Below, piece after piece: positions 27,834-37,787 of a DNA stretch of 64,000 nucleotides. A model generated the notes under the pieces. That model saw nothing but the letters and a program-made list of their open reading frames with translations. It was not told the origin of the DNA and ran no database searches. How positions within the stretch are numbered: position 1 is the first letter of the stretch; every line of letters starts with the position of its first letter. The stretch comes from an uncultured Chryseobacterium sp. GTDB lineage: Bacteria > Bacteroidota > Bacteroidia > Flavobacteriales_C > GCA-002722245. The stretch covers positions 58,414 to 122,413 of the forward strand of contig CAYORT010000002.1 of NCBI GenBank assembly GCA_964406465.1. Direction: 5' to 3'. A program made the translations under genes and the position numbers.

Positions 27834-28706
27834 TTATTTCTTTTCTTCACAACCATGTTGAGAACATAGTGCATTGATGCAATTGGTGATTCTGGTGCAT
27901 CGGTTATCAAGAGCATCGGTATGAATACATTGCACATCTCTTCGGCGCATCGACTCCTTCAACTTATATGAATTGTTCATGCCTTGCCAAAACAAAGGAT
28001 TTACCTTGCTCTCTAAATGTTGTTCTAAATAGTCGGGCATCAAATAAAAGAAATCATAACCGGTAAACTTCTCCACAGAATCAATGCTAACGGGTCCGGC
28101 CTTCGTAAAATCTTTCGCATCAACATTCGGTAAAATATATCCCACTGCATCCATATCTATTCCGTTGTAAACCAATACTACTTTAAAAAAATAGTCGGGA
28201 ACCGGAATCTTATTTAAACCAATTGTATCAATATTTTCGGGATTTTTAAATACCGGACCGCTTACCACATAAATACTATCGTAAATTACAGCCCAACTTC
28301 GCACCATATTTTCTACAATGTTCCAGGTAAACTGGTCGAAAGTAGGTTTCATAGGAGAGACATTCGCAAACAAAAAAGCGTCGTGCATATCTTCGCGACA
28401 AGAGCGAGAATCTCCCGATGGTTTAAGGTGTCCGGGAGAGAATGCTCTCTGAATAAATGCCTCGTTACTAATTGCTCCTAAAGGCAATTTTGCATCATCA
28501 TAAAATTTGATTTCTGGAAATGTATTCTTCTCAACATCATCCCCCACCAACTTATACGCTACCCATTTCGACTGTTTATGTGCACTTGAATACTCATAAA
28601 AGTATCCATTATGAGAAGCAAAGCTGGCCGAATATGGCAAAGCATAATTTTGCGCTTTCAACACCACAGCAAATACAACTAAAAAGTAGAGTAAGATTTT
28701 TTTCAT
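27834..28706 (-). CDS. Secreted DNA/RNA non-specific endonuclease (NUC/EndoG-like)
   Basis: Signal peptide. Motif SPGHLKPSGD resembles the DRGH active-site motif of non-specific nucleases. Confidence 0.55.
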   Translation of the reverse strand: MKKILLYFLVVFAVVLKAQNYALPYSASFASHNGYFYEYSSAHKQSKWVAYKLVGDDVEKNTFPEIKFYDDAKLPLGAISNEAFIQRAFSPGHLKPSGDSRSCREDMHDAFLFANVSPMKPTFDQFTWNIVENMVRSWAVIYDSIYVVSGPVFKNPENIDTIGLNKIPVPDYFFKVVLVYNGIDMDAVGYILPNVDAKDFTKAGPVSIDSVEKFTGYDFFYLMPDYLEQHLESKVNPLFWQGMNNSYKLKESMRRRDVQCIHTDALDNRCTRITNCINALCSQHGCEEKK

Positions 28707-28784
28707 GTTTGTACTACGATGAAACTTATTTTGAGTTTTGAACAGTTAACTTTTCTCAAAAATAATACCGTATTTTCGCGTGAA

Positions 28785-29405
28785 ATGGAGTTTAATTTCC
28801 CATCTAAAGTTTTATTTAAAGCCATTGAGAGCTTTAACAGTTTGCCCGGTGTGGGCAGAAAAACTGCGCTGCGCTATACTTTAAACATGCTAAAGATGGA
28901 GCAAGACGAAATTTTGCGTTTTGCCGACAACATAAGAAATCTTGCCATCGACATTAGATTTTGCGAGAGATGTCACAACATTTCCGATCAAGTATTATGT
29001 GATATTTGCAGCAATAGCAGTCGCAAAAGCGATGTTATTTGCGTGGTGCAAGATGTAAGAGATGTATTGGCTATTGAAAACACGCAACAATATAATGGAA
29101 TGTATCACGTTTTGGGCGGAGTTATTTCACCAATTGATGGCATAGGACCTTCCGATTTAAATATCGAAAGTCTTGCAGAGCGTGTGGCAAAAGAAGAAGT
29201 AAAGGAAATCATTTTGGCACTTAGCACAACGATGGAAGGCGACACCACTAACTTTTACATCTTTAGAAAGCTAAGCAACTTACCAGTGAACATAACGACT
29301 ATAGCAAGGGGGATGGGATTTGGTGACGAAATAGAATACACCGATGAACTCACCTTGGGACGATCAATTTTAAATAGAATACCATACAAAGGAGCAATTA
29401 AATAG
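28785..29405 (+). CDS. recR: Recombination protein RecR
   Basis: HhH motif LPGVGRKTALR. Zinc-finger C..C...C..C. Toprim domain. Start at ATG 28785 gives 207 aa. Confidence 0.9.
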   Translation: MEFNFPSKVLFKAIESFNSLPGVGRKTALRYTLNMLKMEQDEILRFADNIRNLAIDIRFCERCHNISDQVLCDICSNSSRKSDVICVVQDVRDVLAIENTQQYNGMYHVLGGVISPIDGIGPSDLNIESLAERVAKEEVKEIILALSTTMEGDTTNFYIFRKLSNLPVNITTIARGMGFGDEIEYTDELTLGRSILNRIPYKGAIK

Positions 29406-29407
29406 CA

Positions 29408-31381
29408 TTGAAGTTAACAGTTGTCATAGTAAATTATAACGTTGAGCATTTCTTAGAACAATGTTTGCGTTCTGTTGAAAAAGCCGCCAAACATACCAGC
29501 ACCGAAGTTTGGGTGGTCGACAACAATTCTGTTGATGGCTCGTGCGAAATGGTAAAAGCCAAATTCCCTTGGGTTAAACTGGTAGAAAGCAAAAAGAACC
29601 TAGGATTTTCTAAAGGGAATAACTTGGCCATGAAAGATGCCAAAGGTGAATATGTATTGCTGTTGAATCCCGACACCATCGTTGAAGAAGATACCTTTTC
29701 TAAAATTGTCCAGTTCATGGACGAACATCCCGATGCCGGCGGTTTGGGAGTGCACATGGTTGACGGGCAAGGGAATTTTCTACCCGAATCGAAAAGAGGG
29801 CTACCTACTCCATCTGTTGCATTTTATAAAATATTCGGCTTAGCCCGCTTGTTTCCACGTTCTAAAAAATTTGGAAAATACCATTTGGGGTACTTAAGCA
29901 AGGACAAAACCCATGAAGTAGAAATTTTGTCGGGAGCTTTCATGCTCCTTAGAAAAACTGTACTTGATAAAATTGGCCTGCTCGACGAAACCTTCTTTAT
30001 GTACGGGGAAGATATCGACCTATCTTATAGAATAGTAAAGGCTGGATATAAAAATTATTATTACGCCAACACCAATATCATCCATTATAAAGGCGAAAGT
30101 ACCAAGAAGAGTAGTGTTAACTATGTATTTGTTTTCTACCGAGCGATGATCATCTTCGCTAAAAAACATTTCTCTCAAAAAAATGCATCATTATTCTCTT
30201 TTTTAATCAATATTGCTATTTACGCACGAGCGGCCATGGCTATTTTTAGTAGAGCCTTAATCGTTATTTTACTCCCTTTATTTGATGCCGCATTGATTTA
30301 TACCAGCTTGTATTACCTGATGAAATACTATGAATCGAGTATAAAACAGGTTAGCAATCATTTTCCTAAAATATTTTTTCATTGGGAAATCCCTGTTTTT
30401 ATAGGCGTTTGGCTTTTATCGGTTTTCTATTTTAAAGGCTTCAAGAAAAATCCGAAACCTAGCAACATCACCAAAGGTGTTTTAGTAGGTACACTCGTTA
30501 TACTTGTGCTTTATGGCTTACTTCCCGAAGAATATCGATTCTCTGGAGCTTTAATTTTGGTAGGAACAATAGTTACGCTCACTATCGTGTTTATTAACCG
30601 ACTGATATTACACTACTTAGAATTTAAAAATTTTGATATTTCCTTCACTAAAAAGAAGAGAATTTTAATTGTTGGTTCAAGCACAGAAGCGAAGCGAGTG
30701 ACCCGCATATTAACATTATCTTATTTCAAGCCTATCTCGGTAAAGCTCATCGCTCCAAAAAACGAAAATGAGAAAGATGAAGACTACATAGGAAACTTGG
30801 CCAATCTCAATAAGATATTGTTAGAGCAAAAAATAGATGAAATCATTTTTTGCGCTCAAAACCTTGATTTTAAAGAGATTATAAATTACATGGCTAGCTC
30901 ACCATCGAATGAAATCAATTTTAAAATCGCCCCGCCAAACAGTTTATTCATTATTGGAAGTCACTCGGTTAACGAGCCAGGCGAGCTTTATGTGATTGAT
31001 CACTCCAACATCAATAAACCCGAGAATAAGAGCAGCAAGCGCGCTTTTGATCTAATTAGCTCGCTAATTCTTTTGATTCTATCGCCCATCTTGGTGTTCA
31101 TTATTGAACGACCAGGAATCTTCATTAAAAACATCGTTAAAGTGATCGCAGGTAAATTATCCCTTGTGGGCTATTGTGTTTCTAAAAACCTATCCAACAA
31201 AGAATTACCACCCATAAAAGTCGGAATTCTCAATCCAACCGACACACTAAAAGTTCAGCCACAAAAAGAATCCTCGATTGAAAAAATCAATTTAATGTAC
31301 GCTAAAAACTACAATATTTATGAGGATTTAGACATTCTTATCAAGGGGCTTAAGAAACTTGGCCGCATTCCTGTAAATTAA
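29408..31381 (+). CDS. Fusion protein: family-2 glycosyltransferase, polytopic membrane region, CoA-binding-like domain and a truncated/degenerate sugar-phosphotransferase (Bac_transf) domain
   Basis: GT2 motifs VVIVNYN...VDNNSVDGS. TM block at about 250-420 aa. CoA_binding-like KKKRILIVGSSTEAKRV...IDEIIF. Bac_transf start KRAFDLISSLILLILSPILVFII joined directly to the Bac_transf end ...GKLSLVG... The core catalytic segment is absent. Confidence 0.6.
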   Translation: MKLTVVIVNYNVEHFLEQCLRSVEKAAKHTSTEVWVVDNNSVDGSCEMVKAKFPWVKLVESKKNLGFSKGNNLAMKDAKGEYVLLLNPDTIVEEDTFSKIVQFMDEHPDAGGLGVHMVDGQGNFLPESKRGLPTPSVAFYKIFGLARLFPRSKKFGKYHLGYLSKDKTHEVEILSGAFMLLRKTVLDKIGLLDETFFMYGEDIDLSYRIVKAGYKNYYYANTNIIHYKGESTKKSSVNYVFVFYRAMIIFAKKHFSQKNASLFSFLINIAIYARAAMAIFSRALIVILLPLFDAALIYTSLYYLMKYYESSIKQVSNHFPKIFFHWEIPVFIGVWLLSVFYFKGFKKNPKPSNITKGVLVGTLVILVLYGLLPEEYRFSGALILVGTIVTLTIVFINRLILHYLEFKNFDISFTKKKRILIVGSSTEAKRVTRILTLSYFKPISVKLIAPKNENEKDEDYIGNLANLNKILLEQKIDEIIFCAQNLDFKEIINYMASSPSNEINFKIAPPNSLFIIGSHSVNEPGELYVIDHSNINKPENKSSKRAFDLISSLILLILSPILVFIIERPGIFIKNIVKVIAGKLSLVGYCVSKNLSNKELPPIKVGILNPTDTLKVQPQKESSIEKINLMYAKNYNIYEDLDILIKGLKKLGRIPVN

Positions 31382-31447
31382 GCAGCCCAAATAAAAAATA
31401 TTTCACATATTTTGTTACTTTTGAAGCACTCATAAGTAATAGCAATA

Positions 31448-32767
31448 ATGGGCGAAGTAAAGTTAATCCTTCCTAAAATGGGTGAAAGTGTGGCGGAAGC
31501 TACACTAACATCGTGGCTTAAAAAAGAAGGCGACCGCATTGAATTGGATGAGTCGGTAGCTGAAATAGCCACCGATAAGGTTGATTCTGAGATCCCTGCC
31601 ACTCATGCTGGTGTGTTGAAAAAGCAGCTTTTTAAAGTTGGCGAAATAGTAAAGGTAGGACAAGCCTTCGCGATCATTGAAACCGAAGGAGAGCAGGAAG
31701 AAGAAAAAGAAACAGTTGTTTTACACTCACCGCAATCTAATCCTAGCACACAAATCGTTTCAGCCCTTCCTGAAAAACCATCCCTATCTGATTATTCAAA
31801 AAGCGAAAAGTTTTATTCACCCTTGGTGAAAAGCATCGCTTCAAAGGAGGGTATCAGCAAAGATGAGTTAGATGCCATCAAAGGAAGTGGAAAGGATGGC
31901 CGAGTGACCAAAGATGACTTGATGGCTTATTTGAAAGCAGGCAAACAAAGTTCTTTTGCTCAAACTGCGTCAGTTAGTTCGGCACCACAGCCTACAGCTA
32001 ATATCTATTCTGCTCCAGTAAATATATCAGCACCAAGCACGCAATCCATTTCTGGCGATGATGAAATCATTGAAATGGACCGCATGCGAAAAATCATTGC
32101 TGAGCACATGGTTAAAAGCAAGCAAATTGCGCCACACGTTACTTCATTTATAGAAGTTGATGTTACTGCTTTGGTGATGTGGAGAGACAGAATAAAAAAT
32201 GAATTTGAAAAAAGAGAAGGATTCAAAATAACCTTCACTCCTATCTTTATCGAAGCTGTTGCGAAAGCCTTAAAAGATTTTCCAATGGTGAATATTCAGG
32301 TGGATGGCAACAACATCATCAAGAAAAAAGCAATCAACATTGGAATGGCTGCAGCACTGCCTAGTGGTAACTTGATTGTTCCTGTAATTAAAAATGCCGA
32401 CAGATTAAATATTATCGGCTTAACAGAACAAGTGAACGACCTTGCCAAGAGAGCTAGGGAGAATAAACTTAAACCCGACGAAATACAAGGAGGCACTTTC
32501 ACTATAACCAATGTTGGTACTTTTGGAAACATAATGGGAACGCCTATTATCAATCAGCCACAAGTAGCAATTTTGTCAACTGGTATTATTAAAAAGAAGC
32601 CTGTAGTGGTTGAAACACCTATGGGTGACACCATTGCCATTCGCCAAATGATGTTCCTTTCCCTATCTTATGACCATCGTGTGGTTGACGGCATGTTGGG
32701 AGGTTCATTCCTAAGAAAAATTGGAGATTATTTGGAAAACTTTGACTTTAATCGGGTTATATGGTAA
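31448..32767 (+). CDS. Dihydrolipoamide acyltransferase (E2 component of a 2-oxo acid dehydrogenase complex)
   Basis: Lipoyl site IATDKVDSE. E3-binding domain SPLVKSIA...GSGKDGRVTKDD. Catalytic SYDHRVVDG. Confidence 0.85.
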   Translation: MGEVKLILPKMGESVAEATLTSWLKKEGDRIELDESVAEIATDKVDSEIPATHAGVLKKQLFKVGEIVKVGQAFAIIETEGEQEEEKETVVLHSPQSNPSTQIVSALPEKPSLSDYSKSEKFYSPLVKSIASKEGISKDELDAIKGSGKDGRVTKDDLMAYLKAGKQSSFAQTASVSSAPQPTANIYSAPVNISAPSTQSISGDDEIIEMDRMRKIIAEHMVKSKQIAPHVTSFIEVDVTALVMWRDRIKNEFEKREGFKITFTPIFIEAVAKALKDFPMVNIQVDGNNIIKKKAINIGMAAALPSGNLIVPVIKNADRLNIIGLTEQVNDLAKRARENKLKPDEIQGGTFTITNVGTFGNIMGTPIINQPQVAILSTGIIKKKPVVVETPMGDTIAIRQMMFLSLSYDHRVVDGMLGGSFLRKIGDYLENFDFNRVIW

Positions 32768-32854
32768 ATTAGCACACAATTGAAAAAAGATTTTTTTATT
32801 TTATTTTTAGCACACATTTTGAAAAACATTTCTGAAATACATAACATCTATCCT

Positions 32855-34933
32855 ATGAGAATTTTACTTGCCTTACTAATCCTTACTCCTTTTACAGGCT
32901 TATTTGCACAAAACGAGGCTGTTTTAAAAGAGGCTCAAAAACATTTTAATGAGCAACAGTATTCTATTGCGCTAGAAGAATTTAAAGAAGCTGCAAAATC
33001 AGATTCATTAAATGCCAACATTCAGTACAAAATAGGTTTATGTTATGTAAATCTTAAAAACAACTTACCTGCTGCAATAGTTGCTTTTGAAAATGCGGCA
33101 AAAAATGTTGCTGCCAACGCTACAGTTGAATCGGTAAAAGAAAAAAGAGCTCCACTGGTTGCTTACCTTGAATTGGCAAAAGCATATCATTTAAACTACC
33201 AGTTTGATGAAGCTGCTTTGTGGTATGAAAAATTTAAAGCTGAACTAGGTAAAGGCGCTGAAGATGAGAAATTAATGGACCTATATATCGCTCAATGTTC
33301 TTACGCTAAATTATTAATTGCCAACCCGGTTGAATTAATCGTTTCTAACTTCGGACCAACCATCAACGGCAAGTTCAAAGATTTCGCTCCAGTGCTTTCT
33401 GCAGATGAGAAAACTTTACTTTTTACATCAAGAAGATTTGGTTCAACTCAAGATGCATCAAAGAACAAAGACACGTTAATGAACGACGGTAACTACTATG
33501 AAGACATTTACATGAGTACTAAAGAAGTAAATGGATCTTGGAGTACTCCTAAAAACCTTACTACAATCAACTCTCCTTGGAATGAAGCTACCATCGGTTT
33601 ATCAGTAGATGGTCAGCAAGTGTTATTTACTTCCGACAGAGAAAAAGTAACTGCTTCTGAAAAAGGAAAAGGAAATGGCGACATCTACTTAAGTAAATTG
33701 AATGGTGACCAATGGTCAACGCCAGAGATTCTTCCTTACCCTATCAACACAAAAGATCAAGAGCCAGATGCTTGTTTTAATCTAGATGGTTCTGTTTTAT
33801 ATTTCTCTAGTGACCGTGAAGGTGGCTTAGGTGGATTCGATATCTATTTTGTGAAAAGACTTCCTAACGGAGAGTGGAGTTACCCACAAAACCTTGGTCC
33901 GAAAATCAACACTCCTTACGACGACAGAGCTCCATTCATGCACCCTGATGGCGTAACATTATTCTTCTCATCTGAAGGACACCAAAGCATGGGAGGTTTC
34001 GATGTTTTCCAAGCTATGCAAAATGAAGATGGCAGTTGGGGAGACGCAGAAAATATTGGATACCCTATCAACACTACAGGTAACGACGTATGTTATGTAA
34101 CCTCTCCTGATGGAAAAAGAGCTTACTACGCTTCTTACCGTGAAGAAGGATATGGCTCTTATGATATCTACATGATTAGCCTACCGGTTCGTCCTGAAAC
34201 TCAATTAACCGTATTCTCTGGTAACTTAACACTTGAAGGAGAAGGCTCAATAGTTCCTAATGGTGCGCAAATCGTTGTAACCGATAACGAAACAAATGAA
34301 ATCGTTGGAATCTACAAACCAAACAGCAAAACTGGTAAATATTTGTTCATCTTGCCTCCAGGAAAAAACTACAATATTACCTATGAAGCGGAAGGTGTAT
34401 TGTTTAAATCGGAGAACTTAATTGTTCCAGACAACTCTCAATTCTCTACCATTCAAAATGACATTAAATTACCAGCTATCAAAGCAGGAGAAAATATAGT
34501 ATTAAACAACATTTTCTACGAATTTGACAGTGAAAAATTAACACCTGAATCAAAAGTTGAGCTTGAGAAACTTACAAGACTTTTGATGAACAACCCTGGG
34601 TTAAAAGTTGAGTTGCAAGGACACACCGATTCTAAAGGATCAGATGCTTACAACTTAAACCTATCTCAAAAAAGAGCTGAAGAGGTTGTTAAATACCTAT
34701 TAGCAAAGGGAGTAAGTCCAGAACAGCTTAAAGCTAAAGGATATGGTGAAACTCAACCGATAGCAAAAAATGAAAATGCTGACGGAAGCGATAATCCTGA
34801 AGGAAGAAAATTAAATAGAAGAACCGTATTGAAAGTAATTTCATTAGACGGAGAAACTAACTTTGTAAACCCTATTGCTGTTCCTGATAATTTGAAAAAC
34901 ACCAAAAAAGGCGGCACAAGAAAAAAGAAATAA
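32855..34933 (+). CDS. PorE-like envelope protein paralog: TPR, PD40 beta-propeller, carboxypeptidase-regulatory-like domain and OmpA_C
   Basis: Signal peptide MRILLALLILTPFTGLFA. PD40 repeats (DGSVLYFSSDREGGLGGFDIYF..., DGVTLFFSSEGHQSMGGFDVF). OmpA_C motif FYEFDS...LQGHTDSKGSDAYNLNLSQKRAE...GYGETQP. Confidence 0.75.
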   Translation: MRILLALLILTPFTGLFAQNEAVLKEAQKHFNEQQYSIALEEFKEAAKSDSLNANIQYKIGLCYVNLKNNLPAAIVAFENAAKNVAANATVESVKEKRAPLVAYLELAKAYHLNYQFDEAALWYEKFKAELGKGAEDEKLMDLYIAQCSYAKLLIANPVELIVSNFGPTINGKFKDFAPVLSADEKTLLFTSRRFGSTQDASKNKDTLMNDGNYYEDIYMSTKEVNGSWSTPKNLTTINSPWNEATIGLSVDGQQVLFTSDREKVTASEKGKGNGDIYLSKLNGDQWSTPEILPYPINTKDQEPDACFNLDGSVLYFSSDREGGLGGFDIYFVKRLPNGEWSYPQNLGPKINTPYDDRAPFMHPDGVTLFFSSEGHQSMGGFDVFQAMQNEDGSWGDAENIGYPINTTGNDVCYVTSPDGKRAYYASYREEGYGSYDIYMISLPVRPETQLTVFSGNLTLEGEGSIVPNGAQIVVTDNETNEIVGIYKPNSKTGKYLFILPPGKNYNITYEAEGVLFKSENLIVPDNSQFSTIQNDIKLPAIKAGENIVLNNIFYEFDSEKLTPESKVELEKLTRLLMNNPGLKVELQGHTDSKGSDAYNLNLSQKRAEEVVKYLLAKGVSPEQLKAKGYGETQPIAKNENADGSDNPEGRKLNRRTVLKVISLDGETNFVNPIAVPDNLKNTKKGGTRKKK

Positions 34934-34952
34934 ATATTAATTTTCAACACGT

Positions 34953-34987
34953 AAAAAACCTTCGCAGCAATGCGAAGGTTTTTTTTA
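34953..34987 (+). terminator. Rho-independent terminator CCTTCGCA-GCAA-TGCGAAGG followed by T8
   Basis: Perfect 8-bp stem with an A-run before and a T-run after. It separates the two tandem PorE-like genes. Confidence 0.8.
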
Positions 34988-35078
34988 TTGGCAATAATTT
35001 GTTAAAAATTAATCAAACTAATTTTTAAAGATACTTGGGCATATTCTGTGCTATGCTTATCTTACAATCGTAAATATT

Positions 35079-36818
35079 TTGAAGATGAGATCGATTTCTA
35101 CTATTCTATTTTCCATTATTTGTTTTTCGGCGTTAGCTCAAGAAGGTCCAGTACCTCCTACTGGCAATGTTGCAACTGCAAAAACATACATCACCGAAGG
35201 ATCATACGGTTTGGCTTTAGCCGAATTAAAACTAGCTATTAGAAAAGACCCAGAAGACATTAAGATAAATCAAATGATAGCGGAGTGTTATCTTAACACT
35301 AATGAAGACAAACCAAAGGCTATCGCTCATCTTGAAAAAGTAGTTAAATCGGGAAAGTACGATGCCATTGACTTATATGATTTAGGAAAAGCCTACGCAT
35401 ACAATGAAGAGATAGATAAAGCGATTGAATATTTTAATCGATACAAAAAAGAAGGGAAATTAAAACCCGATGAATTAGAAGACGTTGACCATGAAATAGA
35501 AAAAGCACAAACAGCAAAAGAATTGATGAAAATCCCCCTAAATATAACTTTCACAAACTTGGGTAAAGATGTAAATACAGAATTTTTTGAAGGCCACCCA
35601 TTTACCAACGAAAATGAATCTGCTATTTACTTCACAACAAAAAGAAAAGGCACAACGGGAGGTGGAACTGGTGATGAAGGTTTTGTTTCAGATGTATACC
35701 AAATTGAACTTAAACCTGGTGACAAATGGTCGAAGGCTAAAAATGTAGGAGCTTCTGTCAATACATTTTCATTAGAAGAAATTACATCTTTATCGAGTAA
35801 TGGCAGCTACCTCGTTTTTACAATGATTGACGAAATTGGCGCGCAAAGAATAAAATATTGTGAAAAACTAGGCAAAGCTAAATCATTTGGCAAAGCAATC
35901 GACTTTGGTGAGCTTATCAATGATGTATCAAGTATTGAAAATGCGCAGACTTCAGGTTGTATTTCTAATGACGGACAAACATGTATTTTTTCTTCAAATA
36001 GAAAAGGTGGATTTGGCGGTTTCGACTTATATATATCTATTAGAAGACCAAATGGAACATGGGGAGAACCTTTGAACTTAGGCAGTAAAATAAACACAAA
36101 ATACGACGAAACATATCCGAATTTTGGAGCCAACAATAATACACTGTATTTCGCGTCTGCAGGCCATACCAACATGGGAGGTTTTGATATTTTTAAAACC
36201 GTTTTCTCATCTGAAAGTCATGCTTTTAGCAATCCTGTTAATTTAGGATATCCTATCAACACCACCGATAATGATTATTGTATTTCTTTCAATAAAACAG
36301 GTAGAAACGCTTACATTGGAAGAAGAAAAACAGGCGGATTTGGCAACTTAGACATCTACCAATTAACTTTCAAAAATGTTGATCCTCCCTATACTGTGGT
36401 AGCGCTAAATCTAAAAGCGCATGCCAACTATCAATTGCAAATGCACAATGCCGATTCACTCATTGAATTGCACAATGCTTATTTAAATGATCCTTCTGCA
36501 AGCAAAATTCCAGCGGATACTTCTAAGAATATTATTGCTAGAATGAAAAACCTAAAAGCATCTCTCGACCCTGTAGCGGGAAGTATGATTACTGTTACCA
36601 ATGCAGCTAACAACAAAACCTACGGAGAATATTCTCCAAACCTTAAAACAGGAAGAGCAATCATGATTTTAGAACCAGGTGTTTATGAAATTACCGTTAG
36701 CAATGATAAATACAAAGTGAGTAAAACTAAGGTCACTATTCTTGATAAAGCTAACTTTGTTCAAGAAACAAAAGTTGATGTGATCATGCATAAAGGAGAA
36801 TTAGAAACTGCCAAATAG
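35079..36818 (+). CDS. PorE-like paralog lacking the OmpA_C domain (TPR, PD40 beta-propeller and carboxypeptidase-regulatory-like domain)
   Basis: Signal peptide. PD40 repeats (DGQTCIFSSNRKGGFGGFDLYI, NNTLYFASAGHTNMGGFDIF). The ORF ends after the CRD-like region. Confidence 0.7.
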   Translation: MKMRSISTILFSIICFSALAQEGPVPPTGNVATAKTYITEGSYGLALAELKLAIRKDPEDIKINQMIAECYLNTNEDKPKAIAHLEKVVKSGKYDAIDLYDLGKAYAYNEEIDKAIEYFNRYKKEGKLKPDELEDVDHEIEKAQTAKELMKIPLNITFTNLGKDVNTEFFEGHPFTNENESAIYFTTKRKGTTGGGTGDEGFVSDVYQIELKPGDKWSKAKNVGASVNTFSLEEITSLSSNGSYLVFTMIDEIGAQRIKYCEKLGKAKSFGKAIDFGELINDVSSIENAQTSGCISNDGQTCIFSSNRKGGFGGFDLYISIRRPNGTWGEPLNLGSKINTKYDETYPNFGANNNTLYFASAGHTNMGGFDIFKTVFSSESHAFSNPVNLGYPINTTDNDYCISFNKTGRNAYIGRRKTGGFGNLDIYQLTFKNVDPPYTVVALNLKAHANYQLQMHNADSLIELHNAYLNDPSASKIPADTSKNIIARMKNLKASLDPVAGSMITVTNAANNKTYGEYSPNLKTGRAIMILEPGVYEITVSNDKYKVSKTKVTILDKANFVQETKVDVIMHKGELETAK

Positions 36819-36824
36819 CCCTAA

Positions 36825-37643
36825 ATGAAATTAAACTTAACTCGTCCGCTGGCTTTCTTCGACTTAGAAACGACAGGAACTGATATATCAAAAGATAGAA
36901 TCGTAGAGATTTCCATTGTGAAAGTGATGCCCAATGGTGATAAAGACAGTAAAACACGTCGCATCAATCCAGGCATGCCTATTCCAAAAGAAGCTTCTGC
37001 TGTTCATCATATTTACGATGAAGACGTTAAAGACTGTCCTCTGTTTAAAGCTATTGCCAAAAGTTTACACGACTTCTTAATCGGCTGCGATATAGCAGGA
37101 TTCAACAGCGATAGATTTGATATTCCTCTTTTGGCTGAAGAATTCTTAAGAGCAGAAATTGATTTTGATTTAAGCGACCGAAAAACCATTGATGTGCAAA
37201 ACCTATTTCACAAAATGGAGCAACGTACATTGAGTGCTGGATATAAATTCTATTGTGGTAAATCGTTAGATAATGCCCACAGTGCCCTTGCCGATACAGA
37301 AGCTACTTTAGAGATTTTAGAAGCAATGCTAGATCGTTACGAGCACACCGAAATAGAAGACGAAAACAAAAAACTTTACAAACCCATCGTTAACGATGTT
37401 GCTAAACTACAAGCCTTCTCTAAACGAGATAAAAATGTAGATTTAGCCGGTAGAATTGTATTCAATGAAAACAACATTGAAGTATTCAACTTTGGAAAAC
37501 ACAAGGGCAAACCGGTTGAATTGGTACTCACTCAAGAACCATCATATTACGCTTGGATGATGGATGGCGATTTCCCTCTTTACACCAAAAAAGCATTAGA
37601 GAAAATTAAGATTAGATTATTGCAGAATAAGTTGAATTCGTAG
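36825..37643 (+). CDS. DnaQ-like 3'-5' exonuclease domain protein
   Basis: Exo I motif FFDLETTG. Conserved H..ALADT (Exo III). Confidence 0.8.
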   Translation: MKLNLTRPLAFFDLETTGTDISKDRIVEISIVKVMPNGDKDSKTRRINPGMPIPKEASAVHHIYDEDVKDCPLFKAIAKSLHDFLIGCDIAGFNSDRFDIPLLAEEFLRAEIDFDLSDRKTIDVQNLFHKMEQRTLSAGYKFYCGKSLDNAHSALADTEATLEILEAMLDRYEHTEIEDENKKLYKPIVNDVAKLQAFSKRDKNVDLAGRIVFNENNIEVFNFGKHKGKPVELVLTQEPSYYAWMMDGDFPLYTKKALEKIKIRLLQNKLNS

Positions 37644-37668
37644 AGTTAAAAACCTTTTTATATACCTA

Positions 37669-37781
37669 GCACATCCCGGTAGAGACGAATTGCATTCGTC
37701 TTAAATAAAAAATCTTCCGTTGTTAAGGAAAAGGAATTAATCTTTTTAAGACGAATGCAATTCGTCTCTACCGGGATGTGT
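37669..37781. repeat. Perfect 35-bp inverted repeat (GCACATCCCGGTAGAGACGAATTGCATTCGTCTTAA ... reverse complement) separated by a 42-nt AT-rich spacer; each arm also contains its own 8-bp palindrome
   Basis: The arms at 37669-37704 and 37747-37781 are exact reverse complements. The element lies between convergent genes ending at 37643 (+) and 37788 (-). Confidence 0.85.
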
Positions 37782-37787
37782 AATCAA

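Noticed and set aside
35048-35242. A 64-aa ORF overlapping the start of the PorE-like paralog gene
   Set aside because: It lies in a different frame over the signal-peptide region of a well-supported gene and has no features of its own.
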